From: Candidatus Oxydemutatoraceae bacterium
GTDB taxonomy: Bacteria > Pseudomonadota > Gammaproteobacteria > Poriferisulfidales > Oxydemutatoraceae
Direction: 5' to 3'
NCBI GenBank assembly: GCA_965220085.1
Contig: CBDCOZ010000003.1
Span: 512,001-576,000 of the forward strand
Length of the DNA stretch: 64,000 bases
A program made the translations under genes and the position numbers. Under the pieces are notes generated by a model, which saw only the letters and a program-made list of their open reading frames with translations, had not been told where the DNA came from and did not search any database. Below, piece after piece: positions 19,479-29,611 of this stretch (within the stretch, counting starts at the first letter, position 1; each line of letters begins with the position of its first letter).

Positions 19479-19555
19479 TGCGGGGTGGAGCAGTCTGGCA
19501 GCTCGTCGGGCTCATAACCCGAAGGTCGCAGGTTCAAATCCTGCCCCCGCTACCG
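19479..19555 (+). tRNA. tRNA-Met (initiator, CAT)
   Basis: TCGGG-CTCATAA-CCCGA anticodon arm with three G-C pairs, GGTTCAAATCC T-arm, 1:72 mismatch. Confidence 0.95.
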
Positions 19556-19641
19556 ACGCCTTGCCGACATTGGGCAAGTCTCGTGATAAAAATCCCGCCA
19601 GGTTACTACGGCGCGTTGCGACGCGCTACGACGCTACGACG

Positions 19642-20712
19642 CTACGACGCACCCAAAGAGCTTTTCTCCGCCGCCTCTTGCGGCGGAAATATGATGACGT
19701 GTTCAATGTCGGTTTTGATGCCGATCGCTTCGCCGATGTGGTGCACGTGATGGCTGGGCGCGAAGCAGTAAATCTTTTCGCCGTTCGCAAGCCGCAAGTG
19801 ATAGAGAAAGTCGGCGCCTCTGAATTGCTTCTTCTCAATCACCGCGCGCATCGCGCTGTCATCGTCATGGATGATGTCATCCGGTCGCACGAGCACCGCG
19901 ACATCGGTCAGATCGGGAATCGCGCTGTTTCCATCCGCCGGGAAATGACCCAGCGCGGTATGAACCATGTTGTCCGCATCGATGTGTCCGCGTATCATCT
20001 TGCCCATGCCGACAAAGGTCGCGATGTCGACCGACGCCGGGCGGTGGTACACGTCGTAGCTGCTGTCCCATTGCAAGATCCCGCCGTTTTGCATAACGCC
20101 CAGCATGTCGGATATGCCAAGGGCCTCGGTCTGGTCGTGCGTCACCATCAGCGTGGTAATCTCCTTGTGCGTCAGGATGTCTTTCATGTCGCTGATCAGT
20201 CGCGGTTTGAGATCGGCATCCAGTCCCGAAAAAGGTTCGTCGAGCAATAGCAACTCGGGGTCGGGAGCCAGCGCGCGCGCCAGCGCCACCCGTTGTTGTT
20301 GCCCGCCCGACAGTTCGTGCGGGTAGTGTGTCGCATACGCGGTCATGGAAGTCAGCGCGAGCAGGTGGCTGACGATGCTTTTTCTTTGCGCATCGGGGAT
20401 GCGGCGTATTCCAAACCCGATGTTCTCTTGCGCGTTGAGGTGCGGGAAGAGCGCATAGTCCTGAAACATCATGCCGAGTTTGCGCGCGGCGGTGGGAATG
20501 CGTATCGCGGGGTCGTTGACGGTGCGCCCGGCGATGGTGATCCGTCCGGCATCGGGCCGGCGAAAGCCGGCGATGCATTGCAACAAGGTTGTTTTGCCGC
20601 CGCCGCTTGGCCCGAGCAACACGCCGATTTTATTTTTCTCAAGCGTCATGGAGACCTTGTCAAGGGTCGGTTGTCCGTCAAGCGACAGGCTGAGGTCTTT
20701 GATGTCTAACAT
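19642..20712 (-). CDS. fbpC: Fe3+ ABC transporter ATP-binding protein
   Basis: GPSGGGKT, LSGGQQQR, LLLDEPF. Confidence 0.85.
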   Translation of the reverse strand: MLDIKDLSLSLDGQPTLDKVSMTLEKNKIGVLLGPSGGGKTTLLQCIAGFRRPDAGRITIAGRTVNDPAIRIPTAARKLGMMFQDYALFPHLNAQENIGFGIRRIPDAQRKSIVSHLLALTSMTAYATHYPHELSGGQQQRVALARALAPDPELLLLDEPFSGLDADLKPRLISDMKDILTHKEITTLMVTHDQTEALGISDMLGVMQNGGILQWDSSYDVYHRPASVDIATFVGMGKMIRGHIDADNMVHTALGHFPADGNSAIPDLTDVAVLVRPDDIIHDDDSAMRAVIEKKQFRGADFLYHLRLANGEKIYCFAPSHHVHHIGEAIGIKTDIEHVIIFPPQEAAEKSSLGAS

Positions 20713-20713
20713 A

Positions 20714-22312
20714 TCAATTCCGGTGTCCGAGATAGCGCATCAACCCGAACCGTTTCCACAGTATAAACAAGGGCAGCATGCTCGTTAAGACGATGCCGAG
20801 CGCGGGCAACCCCATTTCCGACAGCCTTTCTGTCGAGGCCAATTCGTAGGTGTATATTGCCAGGGTGTTAAAGTCAAAAGGGCGCAACACCAGTGTCGCC
20901 GGCACTTCCTTGACCACCTCGACAAAGACCAGCAGGGCGGCGATGAGTACGCTGGGACGAATGATCGGCATATGCACTTTTGTGATGCTCTCAAGGCCGC
21001 GCACATTCAGAGTTGCGGACGCTCTGTCTATATTCGGCGATATCTTGAGCAGGGAGTTCTCAACCGCGTTGAAGCCGAGCGTCATAAACCGCACGGCGTA
21101 GGCAAAGTAGAGAATGACCAGAGTGCCGCCGGTAAATATCCGCGGGGAGAACCCCAGAGATTTTTCAAGCGCCGAACCGACCAGCAACACGCCGATAGCG
21201 ACGATGACGCCCGGTATCGCATAACCGGCGGTGGCGATTCGGGTCAGCCAATGCGGCCGTTGTCGCAAGCGGTCGCCGTACGCCAGCAGGATTGCCAGAG
21301 CGGTCGTCAAGAGCGCCGCGCCCGCTCCCAGTGCGAGGGTGTGGGCGATTAAGTTCAACTGTTCCCAATACGAGATGCCTTCTGTCGGCAACAACAGCCA
21401 TCGGATCAATTGCGCGAGCGGCAAGACGAATCCGAATGCGATCGGCAGGGCGCACATGACCGCTGCCGCCAAGCCTTTGCCGCCGCCGAGCCGTTGCCTT
21501 GTAATCGGCGTCGTTTGCTTGGCCGAACCGTAGTAGCGCATCCGTCGTCTGGCGTGCCTTTCTATGATCGTCAGGCCGACGGTAAAGCACAGGAGCAGCA
21601 ATGCCAACTGCGCGGCGCCGCCCAGACTGCCGAGCCCGAACCAGGTTCTGAAGATGCCGACACTCATCGTCTGTATGCCAAAGTGTCGCACCGCCGCATA
21701 ATCTGATAAGGTCTCCATCATCGCCAGCATGCACGCCGCAACGATGGCCGGGCGCACCGTCGGCAGCGCCAGCGCGGTCAAAATTTGTCGCCCCGACAGG
21801 CCGAGCACTTGCGCCGCTTGCAGGATGTGCGCGGATTGTTGCTTGAGCGCGGAGCGTACGAGCAGATAGACATAGGGGTAGAGCGCGAGCGTGAAAATAG
21901 CGATCGCGCCGGCGGGCGAGCGCACGCGAGGGACATAGCCGAACAGATCATGCGCCCAGCGATAGCCCCAGCCTCCGAAGTTAAACATATCGGTGTAGGC
22001 GTAGGCGGCGATGTAGACCGGAAACGCCAGCGGCAAGATCAACGCCCAGCCGAAGAACTGTCTGCCGGGGAAGTCGTACAACGAACACAGCACGGAGTAG
22101 CCGCCGCCGACAACGGCGGCGCCGAATACCACGCCGATCGCAAGCATCGCCGAGTCGGCGATGTACAAACCGAGCGTGGTGTCAAACAAGTGGGCCCAGA
22201 TATCTTCGGTCGGCAACAACACGCTGGCGAGGATTGCCAGCAGCGGCAACGACAGTATCGTCGCCGCGATGCGGGCGTTGATGAGCAGGGGGTTTGGCGC
22301 CATCGCCCGCAT
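20714..22312 (-). CDS. fbpB: Fe3+ ABC transporter permease
   Basis: Duplicated permease halves; LYPYVY; KEVPATLVLRPFDFNTLA. Confidence 0.85.
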   Translation of the reverse strand: MRAMAPNPLLINARIAATILSLPLLAILASVLLPTEDIWAHLFDTTLGLYIADSAMLAIGVVFGAAVVGGGYSVLCSLYDFPGRQFFGWALILPLAFPVYIAAYAYTDMFNFGGWGYRWAHDLFGYVPRVRSPAGAIAIFTLALYPYVYLLVRSALKQQSAHILQAAQVLGLSGRQILTALALPTVRPAIVAACMLAMMETLSDYAAVRHFGIQTMSVGIFRTWFGLGSLGGAAQLALLLLCFTVGLTIIERHARRRMRYYGSAKQTTPITRQRLGGGKGLAAAVMCALPIAFGFVLPLAQLIRWLLLPTEGISYWEQLNLIAHTLALGAGAALLTTALAILLAYGDRLRQRPHWLTRIATAGYAIPGVIVAIGVLLVGSALEKSLGFSPRIFTGGTLVILYFAYAVRFMTLGFNAVENSLLKISPNIDRASATLNVRGLESITKVHMPIIRPSVLIAALLVFVEVVKEVPATLVLRPFDFNTLAIYTYELASTERLSEMGLPALGIVLTSMLPLFILWKRFGLMRYLGHRN

Positions 22313-22341
22313 GTGTCAGGTCGGGTGCGGTCGGGTTTTGA

Positions 22342-23412
22342 TCATAGCCAGCCGCCGCGGTCCATCAGTCTGACAGCCTGCGCGTTCATGGCGCCGAGCT
22401 TGCCGATCGGGGCGGTGTCGGCTTTGAATGTTCCCCATTGCTTTAGCAACTCGGGCACTTCGACATCGGCCCGTATCGGATACTCATAGTTGTGGCGGCT
22501 GTACCAAGTCTGGGCTTCGCGCCCGATGAGATATTCCAGCAACTTCGTCGCTTCTGCGTTGCGCTGCGAAGAGCGCAGGATACCCGCTCCGCTGACATTG
22601 ACATGGGCGCCGCGCCCGCTTTGGCCGGGCCATATCAACGCTATGCCTTCGGCGGCCTCGCGGCGCTTCGTGTCATTGCCGGCCAGCATCATGCCGAAGT
22701 AATACGTATTGACGAGCGCCACATCGCACTGCCCGCCGGCGACCAGCAGTATCTGGTCGCGATCGCCGCCGGCCGGGGGGCGCGCGAAATTGGAGACAAG
22801 CCCCTTGATCCAGCGCAAGGCCTCCCGCTCGCCGACGGCGTAGATAATCGATGCGACCAGCGATTGGTTATAGACATTGCCGGATGAGCGCGCGCACACG
22901 CGCTGCTTCCACTCCGGCTTTGCCAGCGATTCGTAATCTGTCACCTCGCCTTTGCGCACTCTGTCTTTTGCCGCCACGATCACACGCGCGCGCAAAGACA
23001 GCCCGAACCATTGGTTGTCTTCGTCGCGGTAGGCGGCGGGTATCGTCGCGGTCAGAGCATCCGACTTGACGCGTTGCAACAGTCCGAGTTCTTTTGCGCG
23101 ATGCAGGCGCGCCACATCGGTCGTGATCAACACATCGGCGGGGCTGTTTTCTCCCTCCAGTTTGATGCGCTCAAGCAAGGCGTCCGCCTTCGCCGTAAGC
23201 AGGCGCGTTTGAATGCCGGTTTGCGCGGTGAAGTTGTCCAGCAGCGGTTTGATCAGATTTTCCTGTCGGGCCGAGTACACATTGATATCGGCATGGCTCA
23301 TGCCCGTCAGCAGGGCGAGCAGGATGAGGACGCAATACTTTGTCGCCGCCGGGCAATGCGGTACGCGGTTGCGGACGGCTGACAGGGTTTGGGGTATAAT
23401 ATTTTGATTCAT
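22342..23412 (-). CDS. fbpA: Fe3+ ABC transporter periplasmic binding protein (FutA/FbpA)
   Basis: VYSAR, RSSGNVYNQSL, GGDRDQI, VNTYY. Confidence 0.9.
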   Translation of the reverse strand: MNQNIIPQTLSAVRNRVPHCPAATKYCVLILLALLTGMSHADINVYSARQENLIKPLLDNFTAQTGIQTRLLTAKADALLERIKLEGENSPADVLITTDVARLHRAKELGLLQRVKSDALTATIPAAYRDEDNQWFGLSLRARVIVAAKDRVRKGEVTDYESLAKPEWKQRVCARSSGNVYNQSLVASIIYAVGEREALRWIKGLVSNFARPPAGGDRDQILLVAGGQCDVALVNTYYFGMMLAGNDTKRREAAEGIALIWPGQSGRGAHVNVSGAGILRSSQRNAEATKLLEYLIGREAQTWYSRHNYEYPIRADVEVPELLKQWGTFKADTAPIGKLGAMNAQAVRLMDRGGWL

Positions 23413-23463
23413 TAAAATGGTTTCCTCACAGATACAACATCGGTCGCGGGTCGCGATAGAAGC

Positions 23464-23509
23464 GAATGAGAATACTTCTCATTCTGAAGCGTATCGTCCG
23501 ATTTGTCAA
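23464..23509 (-). promoter_or_regulatory. Fur box overlapping the -10 of the fbp promoter
   Basis: GAATGAGAA-TAC-TTCTCATTC inverted repeat at 23464-23484; TTGACA-N17-CAGAAT on the minus strand. Confidence 0.8.
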
Positions 23510-23595
23510 TAATATGAGGGAATGTATACTTAAACGCTTGAATATACCCCCCGAAATACAAGTTCTGCAACTCATTGAAGAAATAGGAGATTACC

Positions 23596-24516
23596 ATGTC
23601 AATGCATCAACGCAACGGATGGATCTGGTTTGACGGCGAATTCGTGCCGTGGCAAGATGCCCAAGTGCATGTTCTGACCCACACCCTGCACTATGGCACC
23701 GGCGTGTTTGAAGGCGTGCGCGCTTACAAAACCGAAAAGGGCACCGGCATCTTTCGCTTGCTCGACCACACCGATCGCTTGTTCGCCTCGGCTTCGATTC
23801 TCGGCATTAAGATTCCTTTCTCCAAAGAAGAAATCATTGAAGCGCAAAAAGAGGCGGTCAAAAAGAACAACCTGGAGACGGCTTACTTGCGACCGATGGT
23901 GTTTTGCGGCTCCGAAGGCCTGGGCTTGCGCGCGGACAATCTCACGGTGCATTGCATCGTCGCGGCGTGGGAGTGGGGGACGTATCTCGGCGAGGAAAAC
24001 ATGAAGCACGGCATCCGCGTCAAGACCTCCTCGTTTTCCCGCTATCACCCCAATTCGAGCATGTCGCGGGCCAAGGTCAACGGCTACTATGTCAATTCCA
24101 TGCTGGCGTTGCAAGAGGCTCTGGCCGACGGTTACGACGAAGCTTTGATGCTGGACATAAACGGCAATGTCGCCGAAGGAAGCGGCGAAAATATCTTTTT
24201 GGTATCGGGCGGGAAGATATACACCCCCGAACTAAATGCCATATTGAACGGGATTACCCGCCAGACGATTATTGAGTTGGCGCGTAAGAACGATATAGAG
24301 GTTATTGAAAGGCGCATCACAAGAGATGAAGCCTATATCGCCGATGAGATATTTTTCACCGGCACCGCCGCCGAAGTCACCCCGGTCAGGGAGCTTGATC
24401 GCCGCCCGATTGGAAGCGGGACACGGGGGCCTGTCACCGAGAAGTTGCAATCAGATTTTTTTGCTATCGTGCAAGGACGCAGCACCGGTCACGATGAGTG
24501 GATTACACTTGTCTGA
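23596..24516 (+). CDS. ilvE: Branched-chain amino acid aminotransferase
   Basis: LHYGTGVFEG, AEGSGEN, FTGTAAEVTP. Confidence 0.95.
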   Translation: MSMHQRNGWIWFDGEFVPWQDAQVHVLTHTLHYGTGVFEGVRAYKTEKGTGIFRLLDHTDRLFASASILGIKIPFSKEEIIEAQKEAVKKNNLETAYLRPMVFCGSEGLGLRADNLTVHCIVAAWEWGTYLGEENMKHGIRVKTSSFSRYHPNSSMSRAKVNGYYVNSMLALQEALADGYDEALMLDINGNVAEGSGENIFLVSGGKIYTPELNAILNGITRQTIIELARKNDIEVIERRITRDEAYIADEIFFTGTAAEVTPVRELDRRPIGSGTRGPVTEKLQSDFFAIVQGRSTGHDEWITLV

Positions 24517-25954
24517 TTCCAAGACAGCTTCAAACATACCAAGGCAAAGCGGCTTACCCGATTGCTCATCCGTACATCTGTTGGTAGTCGGCGATCTGAT
24601 GCTGGACCGCTATTTCCACGGCGCGGCAAACCGCATTTCACCCGAAGCGCCGGTACCGGTTGTGCGGGTTGAGAACATTGAGGAACGCCCGGGCGGTGCC
24701 GCCAATGTCGCTGTCAATATCACTTCACTGGAGGCTAAAGCATCTTTAATCGGCTTTGTCGGCGACGATGATGATGCCGAACGCTTGCGCCGTGTCGTAT
24801 CGGATCGCGGCGTCACCCCGGAGTTTATCGTCTGCAAAGACGCCACGACCACCGTCAAGTCCAGGATAGTCAGCTGCGGCCAGCAATTGATGCGGCTTGA
24901 TTTTGAGCGCGGCTTGCACGGGCGAGCGCCGGACGAACTCGAGCGCCTGTTTGCCAAGCGCGTTGCCACGGCGGATGCGGTCATCCTGTCGGACTACGCA
25001 AAAGGTTGCCTGAGCGGTGTTGAGACATTGATTGCGCTGGCCAAAGAACACGGCAAGCCCGTCTTTGCCGACCCCAAAGGGGCGGACTTCTCGCGCTATC
25101 GCGGCGCGGATGTGCTGACGCCGAACCGCGCCGAGTTTGAAGCGGTCGCAGGCGACTGTCATACTCGTGATGAGATGGTCGAAAAAGCGTTGGCGCTGTC
25201 CGCAGAGTGCGGTATCGGCGCTTTTATTATCACATTGGGCGAAGACGGCATACTGCTGGTTGACGGACGCGACTCGGTGCATCACTTCCCTGCGCGCACA
25301 CACGAAGTGTACGATGTAACCGGCGCCGGCGATACGGTCGTATCGGTTTTTGCCACCATGGTGGCAACCGGCGCGTCGCATTTTGAAGCGGTGCAACTCG
25401 CCAATCAGGCGGCGGGATTAGTGGTGGAGAAATCGGGCACTGCGACAGTCAGCGCGGATGAATTTGCCAGATACGGTCACAACCCTCGCTCGGTCTGTTC
25501 GGAAGCCGATTGTTTGCAACGGGTTGCCGCCGCCAAGGCGCGCGGCCAACGCATCGTCATGACAAACGGCTGCTTTGACTTGCTCCACGCCGGGCACATC
25601 GCCTTTCTGACCCAAGCGGCCGCCCTCGGCGATCGCCTGTTGGTGGCGATCAACAGCGATGAGTCGGTTGCCGCGCTCAAGGCCGACGGGCGTCCGGTCA
25701 ACCCGCTTGAAAAGCGTATGCAAGTCATCGCCGCTCTGGCGATGGTCGATTGGGTCGTGCCGTTTTCCGAACAGACCCCCGAGCGTTTAATCGCCGCCGT
25801 CTCTCCCGATGTCCTGACCAAAGGCGGCGACTACGCGCCCGAGCAGATTGCCGGCGCCGAACATGTCCGGCAACACGGCGGCGAAGTCATTGTGCTGGAC
25901 TACATGGCGGGCGCTTCCACCACCGAGTTGATCGCCGCCATTCGCGGGGGATAG
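24509..25954 (+). CDS. hldE: Bifunctional heptose 7-phosphate kinase / 1-phosphate adenylyltransferase (start approximate)
   Basis: RISPEAPVP, DVTGAGD, TNGCFDLLHAGH. Confidence 0.95.
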   Translation: MSDSKTASNIPRQSGLPDCSSVHLLVVGDLMLDRYFHGAANRISPEAPVPVVRVENIEERPGGAANVAVNITSLEAKASLIGFVGDDDDAERLRRVVSDRGVTPEFIVCKDATTTVKSRIVSCGQQLMRLDFERGLHGRAPDELERLFAKRVATADAVILSDYAKGCLSGVETLIALAKEHGKPVFADPKGADFSRYRGADVLTPNRAEFEAVAGDCHTRDEMVEKALALSAECGIGAFIITLGEDGILLVDGRDSVHHFPARTHEVYDVTGAGDTVVSVFATMVATGASHFEAVQLANQAAGLVVEKSGTATVSADEFARYGHNPRSVCSEADCLQRVAAAKARGQRIVMTNGCFDLLHAGHIAFLTQAAALGDRLLVAINSDESVAALKADGRPVNPLEKRMQVIAALAMVDWVVPFSEQTPERLIAAVSPDVLTKGGDYAPEQIAGAEHVRQHGGEVIVLDYMAGASTTELIAAIRGG

Positions 25955-26322
25955 CGATGAGTCGGGAAAGTATTTTGGCGGATGTCCTGACCCAAGGCGG
26001 CGACTATGCGCCCGAGCGGATTGCCGGCGCCGAACACGTCCGGCAACACGGCGGCGAAGTCATCGTGCCGGACTGCATGGCGGGCGCTTCCGCTGCCGGA
26101 TTGATCGCCGCCATTCGCGGCGGATAACGATGAGTCGGGAAAATATTTCGGCGGATGTCCTGACCCAAGGCGGCGACTATGCGCCCGAGCGGATTGCCGG
26201 CGCCGAACATGTCCGGCAACACGGCGGCGAAGTCATCGTGCCGGACCGCATGGCGGGCGCTTCCGCTGCCGGATTGATCGCCGCCATTCGCGGCGGATAG
26301 CGATGGGCCGGGAAAATATTCT
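25808..26322 (+). repeat. 173-bp triplication of the hldE end / waaF start junction
   Basis: GATGTCCTGACC at 25808, 25981, 26154. Confidence 0.9.
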
Positions 26323-27325
26323 GGTAGTCGGGCCGTCGTGGGTCGGCGATATCGTCTTATCGCAAAGCCTGTACATGACCATCAAGCAGCGCGACCCGAC
26401 CAGTCAAATAGATGTGCTCGCCCCCGCATGGTCCGGCCCGATTCTCGCGCGGATGGAGCAAGTGCGTTCCGCCATTGATATGCCGCTCGGACACGGCGAG
26501 TTGGGGCTCGGTCGGCGGCGGCGTCTCGGCTTGTCGCTGCGCGGGCGCTATGCGCGCGCGATCGTCCTGCCGAACTCGTTCAAGTCGGCGCTCGTGCCGT
26601 GGTGGGCGGGGGTCGCCGTGCGCAGCGGCTTTCGCGGCGAGATGCGTTACGGCTTGCTGAACGATATGCGGATTTTGGATCGGCGGCTGTTGCCGCGCGC
26701 CATCGATCGCTATGCGCATCTCGGTCATGACGCCGGCGCGATGAGCGGCGAAGCGCCGGCGCCCGCTTTGCGAACAGACGCGGACAACGCCCGCGCGTGT
26801 CTTGAGCGTCTGCGATTGCATTGCGATGCGCCGATTCTCGCTCTGATGCCGGGCAGCGCGTTTGGCCGATCTAAGCGCTGGCCGCCGGAACGTTTTGCCG
26901 CCGTCGCCGACGACTACCTGCGCCGAGGCTGGCAGGTCTGGATACTCGGTTCCGCTTCCGACCGACAAGCCGGCGACAGCATCGCGCAAGCCGCTTCGGG
27001 GCGCGCTGTCAATCTGTGCGGCAAAACGAATCTCGTCGATGTCGTTGATCTGATAGCGCAGGCGAAGCTCGCGGTAAGCAATGACTCCGGCCTGATGCAC
27101 ATCGCCGCCGCGGTCGGCGTCCCGCTTGTCGCCGTTTATGGCGCGACCTCTCCGGAGTACACCCCGCCGATGAGCGCGCGCGCGGCGACTTTGTGGAAGG
27201 GCATCGAGTGTAGCCCGTGCTATAAACCCGTTTGTCGCTACGGGCACTACCGTTGCCTGACAGAGATTCCGGTTGACGAAGTGCGAGCGCAAGCCACCCG
27301 CGTGCTTGAAAACAAATCTCGTTGA
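26303..27325 (+). CDS. waaF: LPS heptosyltransferase II
   Basis: GPSWVGD, LPNSFKSAL, GEMRYGLLND, NDSGLMH. Confidence 0.95.
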   Translation: MGRENILVVGPSWVGDIVLSQSLYMTIKQRDPTSQIDVLAPAWSGPILARMEQVRSAIDMPLGHGELGLGRRRRLGLSLRGRYARAIVLPNSFKSALVPWWAGVAVRSGFRGEMRYGLLNDMRILDRRLLPRAIDRYAHLGHDAGAMSGEAPAPALRTDADNARACLERLRLHCDAPILALMPGSAFGRSKRWPPERFAAVADDYLRRGWQVWILGSASDRQAGDSIAQAASGRAVNLCGKTNLVDVVDLIAQAKLAVSNDSGLMHIAAAVGVPLVAVYGATSPEYTPPMSARAATLWKGIECSPCYKPVCRYGHYRCLTEIPVDEVRAQATRVLENKSR

Positions 27326-27465
27326 TGTCGTCGATTTGATAGCGCAGGCGAAGCTCGCGGTAAGCAATGACTCCGGCCTGATGCACATCGCCGCCGCGGT
27401 CGGCGTCCGCTTGTCGCCGTTTATGGCGCGACCTCTCCGGAGTACGCCCCGCCGATGAGTGCGCA
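27309..27465 (+). repeat. Duplicated internal 3' segment of waaF
   Basis: Copy of 27023-27180 overlapping the waaF stop. Confidence 0.85.
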
Positions 27466-27518
27466 CGGTGACCTCCCTCGCGGGGGTCGGCGAGTTGCGT
27501 TCCGGCGAGGGGAGAGCG

Positions 27519-29375
27519 TTATCTCTCGGCGGCGAGGTCTTTCTCCACGGCGGCAAGAAAGGTCGCATCCAACTCGTGGCTGTTGCGCTTGCCGATGTCT
27601 TGTTGCAGCAACGCTTTGACTTCGGCAGCGCTCAGCCGTTCGGGGTCCTGCAGAGCGCCCCACGTCACTCCCGCCTCCGACAGTGATTTGGCGCCAAACC
27701 CTTCTTCCAGCAACGCATAGGCAAAGTTTCGATGCTGTTGAAAGCGCGGATTTACGTATTCGGCAATCAAGCCTTGCCCCGACTCGGTCTTGGAAAAGGC
27801 GGTCGAGTATGCCGCCATCCCGTGTGCGGTGCCGCAGGCAACCTGATCCGGCAGCGACAGATTGCCGACCAAGTACAGAGGCCCGTCGGCAAAAATGATC
27901 GCATCACGCTCGCAGTCTTCGCAGACTTTCCCCCAGTCAATCGCCGCGCGCGGCGGCAATGCCTCTTTGTCAGGGCGCATGCGGAGGATGAGGTCATAGT
28001 CTTTGCCGCTTTCCAGCGCCAGCCGATACGCTTGTTCCGTTTTGTAATACATCTTTTTCGGGTTATTAAATTCGCAAAACGGCGCCGCCGCATCGTCCTC
28101 TGCGACCACCGCATCGGTGCGATAGAAGCGTTGTAATTCCGCTTGCGTGACACAGTCGCCGCCGGCGGTGAAAAAACGAAAGAATCCGGGGTAAGCGCGC
28201 TCTAAATCCCGCGCCCCGTGCTGTCTCAGGGCGTCGGCATACGCATCGCAAAAAGCGTCCGTAAAGAGCCGTTGAAGATGACCCTTGCTGGGTATCAGGG
28301 GAATCTTGCGGCCAATCCGCCGCCAGACATGGACGAAATAATCCGCATCGTGACGTTCCAGCCCCAAGTGATGCCAACTCGCAAATACCTGTCGGTAGCC
28401 GCGCAACTGGCCTGAGATGCACACCGCGATGCGCAGTTTGCGCTTCGGGCGCACGGCGTTGCCGCGGGTTACGGCTTGTTTGGTCATCGGCAACAACACA
28501 TGGCGCAGTTTGTTCAGCAAACCATAGTCGATGCCCGCGAGCACAATTCCCAACTTGTTGCGGCTTGCTTCGGGCAATGTGTTCAGCATGGCGGGGTTCG
28601 CGGTCGCCGCGCGCGCATACGCGCGAAAGGAGGCTATGGTTTTGGCATGAAACGGATGATTACAAAACAGCCACCCGAGCCTGGCAAGTTCCAGCAGCAA
28701 TAAGCTCTCAACCTGCGATGCGGTCGGTTCTTCGTCAACAAAACCCATGGCCAGCCCAAACCAGAATACATTGTCATCGTCCTGCGGCATCTCAAGCCAG
28801 ATTTGTCGCAACTGCGAGCGGAAGGGAGCGTGTTTGTGGGGTTTCTGAGACAGGTTCACTTTGCCGTGGTCTGAAAACAGCGCGTGATACAACACACGGT
28901 TTTCTGCGGCGGACTCCATCAGTGCGCGGGCTAATTCATGGAACAGTCGCTCTTGCAATACCGGAGTGATGGCATGATTGGCAATAATCATTGCCCCTTC
29001 CTTGCAAGCGTTGTAATCGAGCTTCCCGTGTTCCTCGGCCTGCTTCAGCAATCGCTTGGCCGTATCGTTCTCACGCCGGCAGTGTGCCAGAGCCTTTTCT
29101 CCTTCGGCGGAACCCGTCAGTTTTGTCGGTTCGCCGCGGCGCACTTTGGCCCATAGCGCGCAGGCGGCGTCCCACTGTTGCCGTTCTATCGCCTGGCATA
29201 TTTTCTGAACATGCTTATTGTTTGCAATCGCTTGCTGTATTTGGTGGAGCCGATTTTGGCCGACTATCGGCTGCAGGAGCCGTCTGATTTGTTTGATACG
29301 CCGCTTCGGTTCGAGTATCCGACCGGCGAGGTTCAAACAATAAACGAGGATGGATTGCATTGCTTTTTCCAGCAT
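27519..29375 (-). CDS. Putative glycosyltransferase-like protein, paralogue A
   Basis: Helical N-terminus; RIAVCISGQLRG, DYFVHVW, KMYYK, YDLILRMRPD, DQVACG. Confidence 0.65.
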   Translation of the reverse strand: MLEKAMQSILVYCLNLAGRILEPKRRIKQIRRLLQPIVGQNRLHQIQQAIANNKHVQKICQAIERQQWDAACALWAKVRRGEPTKLTGSAEGEKALAHCRRENDTAKRLLKQAEEHGKLDYNACKEGAMIIANHAITPVLQERLFHELARALMESAAENRVLYHALFSDHGKVNLSQKPHKHAPFRSQLRQIWLEMPQDDDNVFWFGLAMGFVDEEPTASQVESLLLLELARLGWLFCNHPFHAKTIASFRAYARAATANPAMLNTLPEASRNKLGIVLAGIDYGLLNKLRHVLLPMTKQAVTRGNAVRPKRKLRIAVCISGQLRGYRQVFASWHHLGLERHDADYFVHVWRRIGRKIPLIPSKGHLQRLFTDAFCDAYADALRQHGARDLERAYPGFFRFFTAGGDCVTQAELQRFYRTDAVVAEDDAAAPFCEFNNPKKMYYKTEQAYRLALESGKDYDLILRMRPDKEALPPRAAIDWGKVCEDCERDAIIFADGPLYLVGNLSLPDQVACGTAHGMAAYSTAFSKTESGQGLIAEYVNPRFQQHRNFAYALLEEGFGAKSLSEAGVTWGALQDPERLSAAEVKALLQQDIGKRNSHELDATFLAAVEKDLAAER

Positions 29376-29399
29376 GGAGCTATTATAAACGGCATGCTC

Positions 29400-29610
29400 T
29401 CACAAAGGGGGAGTGCAGGTAATACTCTCCCCTTGTGAGAGGTGTGTTCGCACCAAGTGTAGAGCCCGAACTGAGTGAAAGGTGATGCAACGGAGAGGGG
29501 GAGGGGGCACTCGCACCAACATCACTCTCCCCTTGCGGGAGAGTCAGCGAGCTTCGTTCGCTGGAGAGGGGGAGCAAAGGAGTGTTACTTGCGTCCCGCA
29601 AGGAGGGAGT
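29400..29610. repeat. REP-like hairpin cluster
   Basis: CTCTCCCCTTGCGGGAGAGTCAGCGAGCTTCG is an inverted copy of the 9.4-10 kb unit; related hairpins near 27475, 31655 and 36280. Confidence 0.7.
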
Positions 29611-29611
29611 G

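Noticed and set aside
13131-19555. tRNA-integrated island or integron
   Set aside because: The accessory DNA is on the 5' side of the tRNA, and I found no duplicated tRNA 3' end, integrase or attC sites
19620-19652. GCTACGAC 8-bp microsatellite at the fbpC stop
   Set aside because: Only about three units with no evident coding effect
18295-20250. 651-aa plus-strand ORF and other long antisense ORFs (e.g. 2170-3342, 26357-27568)
   Set aside because: They are shadows of real genes in GC-rich DNA; this one crosses the lipase, tRNA and fbpC
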